DNA of 64,000 nt from Vampirovibrionaceae bacterium NZW_1234. GTDB lineage: Bacteria > Cyanobacteriota > Vampirovibrionia > Vampirovibrionales > JAGQHJ01. The position numbers were made by a program, and so were the translations under genes. Position 1 is the first letter of the stretch; every line of letters starts with the position of its first letter. The stretch lies in the NCBI GenBank assembly GCA_041697335.1, contig JBGUGD010000007.1, positions 128,001-192,000 of the forward strand. Direction: 5' to 3'. Shown in pieces: positions 49,724 to 57,785 of the stretch. Below the pieces are notes generated by a model that did no database searches, was not told where the DNA came from, and was given only the letters and a program-made list of their open reading frames with translations.

Positions 49724-50347
49724 ACGACGGCACTCCGATGGGATCGGAGACGCTGAGGTAATGAGGCTATTTTACACCAGTCTTTGGGCCGAGACTAGGT
49801 GTTATTCACGGCGTGTTCAATCGTGCGAAATGTCTTAGCGTGCGTGTTGAAATGCTTTATCCGTCATAAAAAAGAAGCTTTTTGGTTAGAAATGCGATGT
49901 CTGGGAATGATTGTCAGGGTTGTTGTAGCTAATGTTATTGTAGGGAAAAGGTTTTTTCTTTGTAAAAGGTTTGAAAATTAGGCAAGATGGGAATAATTAT
50001 GGAAAAAAGGTTTGTGTGACTTCCATGAAGACATTTCTCCGGTACATATCAGGGTCAAATCGACAAAATACGACAAATCGCGTCGTTTGCCCCCAGAGTT
50101 TGAAGATGAAATGCTGAAACGCTCTTCTTGAGAGGGTTTTGGCTTTTGTGGTGTTGGTAACCCGACGCGAAACCGACGTTGAAAAGACGAATTTTACCGC
50201 GATTCTACCGATAAATTGCCGCGAGCGTGTTTTCTGCGAGGGTTTCATCCGCGACACCTTGATGCTATGGTAACGGATGGATGGGAAGACAATGGGTCAA
50301 GGAAGACGATTCATCCAGTGACATAGGGTAATTGGGAGATAAGGGCC

Positions 50348-51451
50348 ATGGGGATACCTCGTGTTTTTCCGACATCTGTGCGCTTTGGCTGGTTCGATCA
50401 TGGTCATCATGCCATTGATACCGGGGCCATAAACCGACTACCGCAACAAACTCAAGATGAAAGGCAATGGCAAGGGTTTTTAAAGGAAAACCTGCAATTC
50501 ATCCATGACGAAGATGATATGGAGGATCTGGTTTATGACGGCCCGATGCATTATGTGGATCTGGATAAATGGCTTCGCCCCGACGTTCCGGTCGCTCACG
50601 AGAAGAAAATGGGGGTTTCTTGGGAGGAGGCCCAAAACGCTTTTTCTGAAGAGGAGCGCCATCGGTTACACCAGCGCTGGCATGCCTCCAGTATTGAACC
50701 CGAGGACTTCTATCGCCCGCGGAACATCTTCTTATCCGTGATGCAGAAATACGATATGGTGAAACGCCAGTTGGAATCCATTGCTCAAGGAAATAAGCGC
50801 CTTTTGACGGTGGCGCCAGGCCACACCAGCCGGGAGTTAAATATTCAACGGAACTTTTACCTGGAGCTGGTGCGCAATGTGGGTCGATTGTCACATTACA
50901 TTGGCGATTTGTTTATGCCACTTCACTTAACACGTTATCACGACTGGCTCTTACACCCGGATGCGAAGGCCGAACAGCACGCCTTTACCGAGGGCATGCA
51001 CTTTTTTCTGGAAGGCAAAACCTTGACGACCCAGGATTATCAATCGCTTCTAAGCACCCCTGTCAAAGCGCCGCCAGGACCACCTCTGAATCGAGAGGCC
51101 CTGAGAACCTACCTGATTGAGAAGATGCAGCAAACCTATGGCCGGATGTATGACCTGGTCAGACTTCAACAGCAGGCGCTTGCCCAGAAGCGTGAGCACG
51201 CCAGTACCGACCTGTACGAAAAGCGTCTGGCGGAAGCGGTAAAGCCCCTGTTATTAGAGCAACTGCAATCGGCACAAGAGGCCTTGGCAGTGACACTCCA
51301 ATCGGTATGGCACGAAGCAGGACGACCAGTAGATTTTCGCTCCACTCAACCGGTTTCACTTCAGCAGAAAGCTTGGTCTGCCTTGATCAGTTTGCCCCGG
51401 AAGCTGGTGGGCCTGCTCCTTCGACGAACACCGCCTGAGGGGAAAAATTAG
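50348..51451 (+). CDS. Zn-dependent phospholipase C / S1-P1 nuclease superfamily protein with VRFG leader
   Basis: WFDHGH, HYVD, SHYIGDLFMPLH and HFFLE zinc-ligand pattern. Confidence 0.8.
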   Translation: MGIPRVFPTSVRFGWFDHGHHAIDTGAINRLPQQTQDERQWQGFLKENLQFIHDEDDMEDLVYDGPMHYVDLDKWLRPDVPVAHEKKMGVSWEEAQNAFSEEERHRLHQRWHASSIEPEDFYRPRNIFLSVMQKYDMVKRQLESIAQGNKRLLTVAPGHTSRELNIQRNFYLELVRNVGRLSHYIGDLFMPLHLTRYHDWLLHPDAKAEQHAFTEGMHFFLEGKTLTTQDYQSLLSTPVKAPPGPPLNREALRTYLIEKMQQTYGRMYDLVRLQQQALAQKREHASTDLYEKRLAEAVKPLLLEQLQSAQEALAVTLQSVWHEAGRPVDFRSTQPVSLQQKAWSALISLPRKLVGLLLRRTPPEGKN

Positions 51452-52013
51452 TGTTCGATTGGTAGGGACTTGTTAGGGAACCTGCTGGCAGCGGCGGTTT
51501 TGTTTTAATGTTGCTTTCAGCTCAAATAAGACGTTGAGCACGCGTGAATTCTGTTTGGTCCAACCCATCGGGTGTGCCGGTAGACCCCGCCCCAGGGTGC
51601 TTTTAGATAGTTCTGACTGACATCCCGATGTCGCTGTACATTCTTGATGCGATTCGCCCGTAAGCCATTCCAGCGTTTCCTGTTCTAATATCACCCACGG
51701 TTGCAAGTCCGAGGCCAGTCGTGTCCAAGACGGTTTCATAAAGTCTCTCCTCATTTCACTGCTTAACGACACATTATCTATAGCACTGTCTATAGCAATA
51801 AAAACGAGTATTGGGTTTAGATTGCATTAATATTTCCTTCGCAAGGATCTGTTATTTGCGATAATGTTCTCCCAGACAATGTTTTAGCGATCTCTTAAGT
51901 CATTCTTAAATCTCGATATATGTAGATTCAGGAGAAAGAAAAAGGATGTCTGACGGTTTCAAACGATCAGACACCCGAAGGAGCAATCGAAAATAGCTCG
52001 ATTGACAGCGGAT

Positions 52014-53282
52014 TTAGCGAATCCGCTGAATCACCAGTTTTTTGGATTCCAAGGGATTCAGGCCCAGGCGAGCGCTGGCATTGTCAAAGTTCAAGGCAAT
52101 TTCGACGAAGCGTTTGTCTGGTTTCGGGCTGTAGGTGCTGCCCAAGTACAAGACAGGGTCTTTTTTGGGGACTTGGGCAAAGAATTTTTTCAAGGGCAAT
52201 TGCAGCGGCGTAATGGGATCTGTGGGATCGGCGCTTCGAATTTCAAATACCGCATCCTGGGCCAAGAGCTTTTCTGCTTGTTTGGCGTTGAGAATCAGGT
52301 TCGTTTTGATGTTACCGAAGGTTCGGTCTTGAACGCCATAAAATTCCGTGCCCTTGTCGCTTGCTTTTAGAGGCAGAGAGACGATGGATTGGGCAAATGG
52401 GGTGATCTTGGGCGTAAATTTACGAGCTCGTTTCTCATCACATAAGGCTTCCGGGGCAATGCCGTTGGCAATGGCCGCAGCTGCCACCATAAACACATCT
52501 CGCCCGTGGAAGGTTTCAGGCAGTGTGTAGCTGGGGTTTTTCAGGCGAATGCGCTCCAGTTGCTGAACTTTTTCCAAATCGATGGGCAGGAGTTTATAAC
52601 GTTCGCCTTTTTCTTCCAGACTCTTGATGGCCAAGCTGAAAATGCCGTTATTGGGGCCAATCACCAAGCCGTAGTTCTCCGTGATGAGAATGCTTCGATC
52701 ATGGGTGATTTTTTTCTTTCGGGTCTCCCCATTACCAACACCGGGGTCACACACCAGAACAACAATGTCTTTGTTTGGACGTGATGTTGCAATCCGTTGC
52801 AGGGTGAGTGCAGCGTAGTCGGTATTCCCGAAGGGAATGTCGGACAGGGAGTGAACGGGGATGGTGTCGGCTTTTTTCGGTGTTGAGAACACCCCTAAAA
52901 TGGCGTTTAGAACTGTCTTTAAAATCGCTTTGATTTGGCCGATTAGTGATGTGTCCGGTGCTTCTTTGGGGGCGCGATTCCAGCGCTTAAAGGGTTGCAG
53001 TTCCTGGCCCCGGGTGTCGGTGAATTTTAAGACGTCCCGGTAACGACTGATGGCTTCGGCATTGGAGCTGGCATCGTTAAAATCGGTAATGAGGTGAACA
53101 TTTTCAATGGGGGCTTTAACCCAGGATTTTCCAAATCGCAGGTTTGGCAAGGAATGTAATGACCCTGCGCCTTTTAGGAGGCTGTGACGAGCGGGCACCC
53201 GTTGGGAAATCTGCGCTGGGGATTTTTTTAGGGGAAGGGTGTGTTGTGTGACAGTGTGGTGAATGGGGTGAATGTGGGACAT
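52014..53282 (-). CDS. SAM hydroxide adenosyltransferase / SAM-dependent halogenase (DUF62) family with LRFG leader
   Basis: LITDF, VCDPGVG, GPNNGIF, TFHGRDVF and FGNIKTN. Confidence 0.85.
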   Translation of the reverse strand: MSHIHPIHHTVTQHTLPLKKSPAQISQRVPARHSLLKGAGSLHSLPNLRFGKSWVKAPIENVHLITDFNDASSNAEAISRYRDVLKFTDTRGQELQPFKRWNRAPKEAPDTSLIGQIKAILKTVLNAILGVFSTPKKADTIPVHSLSDIPFGNTDYAALTLQRIATSRPNKDIVVLVCDPGVGNGETRKKKITHDRSILITENYGLVIGPNNGIFSLAIKSLEEKGERYKLLPIDLEKVQQLERIRLKNPSYTLPETFHGRDVFMVAAAAIANGIAPEALCDEKRARKFTPKITPFAQSIVSLPLKASDKGTEFYGVQDRTFGNIKTNLILNAKQAEKLLAQDAVFEIRSADPTDPITPLQLPLKKFFAQVPKKDPVLYLGSTYSPKPDKRFVEIALNFDNASARLGLNPLESKKLVIQRIR

Positions 53283-53319
53283 GAGGGAGCATCCTTTCGG
53301 GGTTTACTGACAGAACAAT

Positions 53320-53357
53320 AAAAAAGACCGCCGACCTGGTGGAGGTCGGCGGTCTTT
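53320..53357 (-). terminator. Attenuator terminator upstream of the SAM hydrolase
   Basis: Perfect 15 bp stem AAAGACCGCCGACCT-CCACC-AGGTCGGCGGTCTTT ending in a T6 run, ~40 nt before the start codon. Confidence 0.9.
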
Positions 53358-53374
53358 GAAGCTTTGGGTTCGAC

Positions 53375-53485
53375 TTATCTCGATCCGGCGCTGCACGTGC
53401 CAACCTCCACCAAGAAGGGCATCATCATGGTGGACATCATCATGGCAGTGGTTTGTGCAGCGGTTTGGATGGCAAGAGTCAGCAT
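53375..53485 (-). CDS. Met-rich leader peptide of the SAM hydrolase (36 aa)
   Basis: Hand translation MLTLAIQTAAQTTAMMMSTMMMPFLVEVGTCSAGSR*; 6 Met in 8 codons; contains the antiterminator strand. Confidence 0.85.
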   Translation of the reverse strand: MLTLAIQTAAQTTAMMMSTMMMPFLVEVGTCSAGSR

Positions 53486-53525
53486 GGGAAAATTTTTTTC
53501 AAATTTAAGGTCAAACTTGGTAAGA

Positions 53526-53554
53526 AGAATAACAGCGTTCTCGTGTGCTGTCAA
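53526..53554 (-). promoter_or_regulatory. Sigma70 promoter for the leader/SAM hydrolase transcript
   Basis: Minus strand TTGACA-17 nt-TATTCT with TGn extended -10. Confidence 0.7.
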
Positions 53555-53579
53555 TCTGTAAGGTAAAACTCGGTCTTGT

Positions 53580-53921
53580 TCAGCGTGACTGTCTTCGTTT
53601 GGCTAGAGATGACAGCAGCAGCGGAGGCTGACATTGATGAATATTCACGGAAATCCGATTCATCGCCTCTAATTGCTCCTGATGCAGGATCATCCCAAGG
53701 CGAATCCGTTTTTGAAGCGTCGGCAATGCCAAGGCCTCACACACGGTTTCTGGGTCAATGGATGCTGCATCCCGTTGTGTTTGAGTGACTTCGTGGATGG
53801 CTCGGCTGGTTGAAAACCGAAGCTTGCCCAAGGCCAAGCGATCCAGCAGGTGTTCGGCCTGTTCAAAGAAAAACGTATAGGATGGGGGAATAACCACCGG
53901 GGGGCGTTCAGTGACAACCAT
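53580..53921 (-). CDS. Hypothetical protein
   Basis: Likely start MVVTERPP; 113 aa. Confidence 0.55.
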   Translation of the reverse strand: MVVTERPPVVIPPSYTFFFEQAEHLLDRLALGKLRFSTSRAIHEVTQTQRDAASIDPETVCEALALPTLQKRIRLGMILHQEQLEAMNRISVNIHQCQPPLLLSSLAKRRQSR

Positions 53922-54051
53922 TGATAAAAACCATATTTCTTTGCGGTTATCGTAACAGATATGAATTTTATAAGTACTCGAATAAAACCACAACAGCAGC
54001 AAATATGCATCTGTTACGAGCAAAGATTACAGAAGTTTAAGTAACAAATCG

Positions 54052-56016
54052 TTAAAAACGGGACGATAAAGGGCGCTGATCGACGCTGGTTGCCCAGTCT
54101 TTGACGATGCTGCTACGGGAAGGTGTGGTTGTATAAGAATCACACGATTCTGTTACCGCAGACACCGTATCCGTATTGGGATTAATCGCAGAGCCTAACT
54201 TTCCATACAGGCAATAGCCTACACCTGGAGCAAAAAGCTCTTGGCCCGGCTGCGGGTGATAGAAGTTGGAGCAGCTGCCACAGGAGACGAGTGTGAAGCC
54301 TTTGGCCCGAAGCTTGTCTTGAAGGGCTTCAAAGGCATCGTCCAATATGGAATAGGTGCGTGTTGTAAAGGAGAGGTTTTTGTACTCGAAAATCAGATGG
54401 TAGGCCGGATCTCCATTACTGTCATAATCGGTTACGGTCGTGATGCTGCACATCACAGCATTTTTACCGTTCGTGATGGGTAAGGTGGTGGTCACCGAGG
54501 TGGGTTCTTTCGAAGCTTCCTGAAGGGGGGCTTCTTGGCGATTCAATTGATCCTGGTAGATTTGAGTAAAGGGATCCTCGGCCAATTCCGTTGTCGTTAC
54601 CCACTGAGAGGTGGCTACCGGTTTGTCTTCCATGACGTAATCGGCGGCATACATATCGGCAGTGGGAGATTCAAGCGTCGTATCAAAATCGACGGCAAAC
54701 CGGCGTGGCTTGCGATTTGATTTTTTGGATTTTTCCTGGCGAGCCGGCTTTTCTTTAACAGACATATCTGTTTTTGCGGCCGGTTGACTTTCGTCAAAGC
54801 GCTTGCCGATTCGTGCCTGGCGGTTTTGGGTACTGAGGTTCATAACGCTTTCAATTCCAACCCGGACCAGGTAGAAGGGCAGAGCCACCAAACCCAAGGC
54901 ATAGACCAGCGGTGTCACTGCAATGGAGAACAGGATATCTCCCAGACCACACCGGGCAACGGCCAAAGACATCAGTTGCAGGCTCCAGAAGGCCAGGGTG
55001 AATGCACCAAAAGCATAAAAACCTGCCAAGCCATTGGGGTCCTGCATGAAGGAGACGGCAACCGTGGCTGCAATCAGGCCCAAGACAAAGCCGGGCGGCT
55101 TTGCAATACACCATGCTTGCTCAAGGGCGTTTAATTCCAATTTGGAGATCCCCTGCCAGAGCAATTTCGGTACATACTGGACCAGCATTCCCAGGCGAGT
55201 CGGGATGCTTTGGGCAATGCGATGCATCTGGGACGGGAAGGTAACCCGATCTTCTTTATACACCACCACATTGGGGGCCCAGTGAACGCGGTAGCCATTT
55301 AAATTGAGAAGGGCCGTATACTCCAGGTTGTCCAGTTCATCAACTTGACGAAAAGGGAGCATTTCCAGAACTTCCTGGCGAACCACCCAGCCGGAACTCA
55401 TTAAACGACAGGACAGGCCCATGTGAAAGCGCCCTGCGTTTTCAATCCGGTTAATCAAGCGATTGGACAGGGCCACGATTTGCGAAATGGGGCCTTTGGG
55501 TGGGCGTTTCAGTGCCAGGTAGCCTTGAATGGCAAAACAATCGAACGCTCGTGTCGTGACATTCTTCAGAAAATCGGGGCGAATAATGTCATCGGGCTCT
55601 AAAAAAACAAAGAGTTTAGAGGGGCCACCGGCAGCCAATAACCGTTCTACCAACCAGCAAACCAGCTGCCCCCGGTTTGCCGGTCGCTGAGGATAGGTCC
55701 AGACTTTGGCATGGGATGGAAGTTCCCCGGGCATGGGGAGCCCATACTGATTGGCTTCCGTGGTGACAATGTGAATCCCCAGGCGACTGACAGGATAATC
55801 CTGTTTCTCCAGGGCCTGCATCAAATCCTGAAAAGCCAGGGCTTTGCGGGAATCGGTAAAGGGAATAACAATGGCGATATGAAAGTCGGTGCCACTTTTA
55901 TAAATATGTTTGATGAGATCCTGTTTGCGCCCCATTTCCGCAAAGAATAACAACAGGGCAGAACGAAGCAGGATTAGGCTCCCGAGAACGGTAAAAGCAA
56001 TAGACAGCATGGTCAT
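54052..56016 (-). CDS. GT2-like membrane glycosyltransferase (degenerate) with C-terminal Cys-cluster domain
   Basis: IAIVIP, QDYP, VFLEPDD, TM helices; C-terminal CGSCSNF...GYC...C. Confidence 0.75.
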   Translation of the reverse strand: MTMLSIAFTVLGSLILLRSALLLFFAEMGRKQDLIKHIYKSGTDFHIAIVIPFTDSRKALAFQDLMQALEKQDYPVSRLGIHIVTTEANQYGLPMPGELPSHAKVWTYPQRPANRGQLVCWLVERLLAAGGPSKLFVFLEPDDIIRPDFLKNVTTRAFDCFAIQGYLALKRPPKGPISQIVALSNRLINRIENAGRFHMGLSCRLMSSGWVVRQEVLEMLPFRQVDELDNLEYTALLNLNGYRVHWAPNVVVYKEDRVTFPSQMHRIAQSIPTRLGMLVQYVPKLLWQGISKLELNALEQAWCIAKPPGFVLGLIAATVAVSFMQDPNGLAGFYAFGAFTLAFWSLQLMSLAVARCGLGDILFSIAVTPLVYALGLVALPFYLVRVGIESVMNLSTQNRQARIGKRFDESQPAAKTDMSVKEKPARQEKSKKSNRKPRRFAVDFDTTLESPTADMYAADYVMEDKPVATSQWVTTTELAEDPFTQIYQDQLNRQEAPLQEASKEPTSVTTTLPITNGKNAVMCSITTVTDYDSNGDPAYHLIFEYKNLSFTTRTYSILDDAFEALQDKLRAKGFTLVSCGSCSNFYHPQPGQELFAPGVGYCLYGKLGSAINPNTDTVSAVTESCDSYTTTPSRSSIVKDWATSVDQRPLSSRF

Positions 56017-56054
56017 GAACGTTTTCTACATCCCTCTGCTTAGAACGGTTAGTC

Positions 56055-56672
56055 CTATTGTAAGGTATTTCCCATGGGTTTGGCTACTTTCATCGCTTCA
56101 AGGTTTACACGTGCGGCATCAGCCAGTTCTGAGCGAGGGGCAAGTTTTACAAAGGTTTCAAACGCTGTTCTTGACTCCGCTTCTCGGCCTTGGGCCTGAA
56201 GAAGTGAGCCAAGCAGATACCAGCTTTGGACGTTGTTGGGATTGCTTTGGGTAAGGCGTTGCAACTGGTTAATAGCCGTTTCACATTTGCCGCCTTGGCG
56301 GTAGGCTTTGGCCAGATTTTCGTAATAAAGGCTGTAGTTGGGGTTTGTGGATACGGCTTTTTGGAGGTACTTTATGGCATTGCCGGGCTGGCCAATCTTC
56401 AGGTAAGCCAATCCCAGATTGTTATAGATGACACCACTCATGGCGGCTGTAGGTTTTAAACGAATGGCGATTTCCCACTCCTGGATAGCCGCTGAGTAGT
56501 CTCCGACTTCCATCCAGCTTTGACCCGTATGGAAATGACTGATGGCATTGTCATCCATCTCAAACATATCGGTGCTAATGCCGTTTGCCCTGAGTATCAA
56601 GCACGAGAGAAGCACGCTTAGGGATAGTCCCAGGCACCTGACGAGCTGACTTATCCGAATACAGGACTTCAC
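56055..56672 (-). CDS. Exported TPR protein
   Basis: Signal-like N-terminus; YNNLGLAY and YENLAKAY TPR repeats. Confidence 0.88.
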   Translation of the reverse strand: MKSCIRISQLVRCLGLSLSVLLSCLILRANGISTDMFEMDDNAISHFHTGQSWMEVGDYSAAIQEWEIAIRLKPTAAMSGVIYNNLGLAYLKIGQPGNAIKYLQKAVSTNPNYSLYYENLAKAYRQGGKCETAINQLQRLTQSNPNNVQSWYLLGSLLQAQGREAESRTAFETFVKLAPRSELADAARVNLEAMKVAKPMGNTLQ

Positions 56673-56891
56673 TGTAAACCTCCACGCGTGGGGGGTGTTT
56701 CTCGAATTATGTCCAGTATCGGACGGAATGCAAGGCAGAGTTCAGTCATCTTTCGATAAGATACGTTGCCTGGTTGAGTAACGACAACGGGACGATTCTG
56801 AGCAATGGTAGACGTTTGGGCGGTGTCAACGCCAGAAATGTCTCCTACAATAATAGCGCTGAAGAATTTCATTAATAGGCGGAGTTGGAGT

Positions 56892-57785
56892 ATGCCAGAG
56901 CTTTTAACCCGAGAGGGGACTCGCGTCTATTACGAGACGACGAGTGATGTTGGTGAGCCGCTTGTTCTGATTCATGGTCTGGGTTCGTCCGGGCAGTTAT
57001 GGCAACCGCAAGTGGCCGACCTCAAGAATCACTATCGTGTGATAACGCTTGATTTCCCAGGCCATGGACGTTCCGGCAAGGCGGATGCCTATTCCATTGA
57101 GCAGCTGGTGGATGTCCTGGAAGACGTGATGGATCATTGCGGCATTGAGAAAGCCCACCTGATGGGCTTATCTCTGGGATGTGCAGTGGCTTTGACGTAT
57201 GCTACCCGATTTCCGGAGCGGGTATTATCGCTTGTTCTTCAAGGGCCGGTTGGTGGCTTGGTCCCCAGAACACATCCCGGCTGGTGCGTTAAAATCGCCT
57301 TGTTAAGGGCTTACCTTTTATTTTTATACCTCTTGTCGTGTATTGCCAGTCGCGAAGCCGCCATTCATTGGGTTAACTGCTACGGATTTCAAACGTATGG
57401 GGTTTATCAATTCCTGGAGTCCATCCAGTGCCGTGCGCAACCCAAGGCGATATGGCAATTGGCCCAGGCTCTGGCCTATCCCCCTTACATCGGCAAACTG
57501 CACCAGGTGGCTTGCCCCCTGCTCTTGGTGGTGGGGGCTGGAGATGTCACGCCGAAACGTTACTGGCAGTACATTATGGAGAATGTATCCGGGGCAACCC
57601 AGTACGTGATTGTCCCGAGAGCCCGGCATATTGTCTCTATTGAACAATCATCCCACTATAACCAGCTTGTCCTTCAGTTCTTGGGGGATTTGAAGAGAGC
57701 ACATACGTTTGGGGTCTCAAAATCGCAGGCTGCTCGTCAGCCAGTTAAGACTCGGGGCGTTCTTTTTCCGGCAGGCGCTCAATAA
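56892..57785 (+). CDS. Alpha/beta hydrolase
   Basis: LIHGLG, DFPGHGRS, GLSLG and ARH; GGAG before ATG 56892. Confidence 0.9.
   Translation: MPELLTREGTRVYYETTSDVGEPLVLIHGLGSSGQLWQPQVADLKNHYRVITLDFPGHGRSGKADAYSIEQLVDVLEDVMDHCGIEKAHLMGLSLGCAVALTYATRFPERVLSLVLQGPVGGLVPRTHPGWCVKIALLRAYLLFLYLLSCIASREAAIHWVNCYGFQTYGVYQFLESIQCRAQPKAIWQLAQALAYPPYIGKLHQVACPLLLVVGAGDVTPKRYWQYIMENVSGATQYVIVPRARHIVSIEQSSHYNQLVLQFLGDLKRAHTFGVSKSQAARQPVKTRGVLFPAGAQ

Noticed and set aside
49515..49733. N-terminal extension of the enolase-family ORF
   Set aside because: It reads through tRNA-Leu; the true start is ATG 49514.
49997..50257. 86 aa ORF, and the 99 aa ORF at 51473-51772
   Set aside because: No clear RBS or recognisable motifs; cannot be supported from sequence alone.
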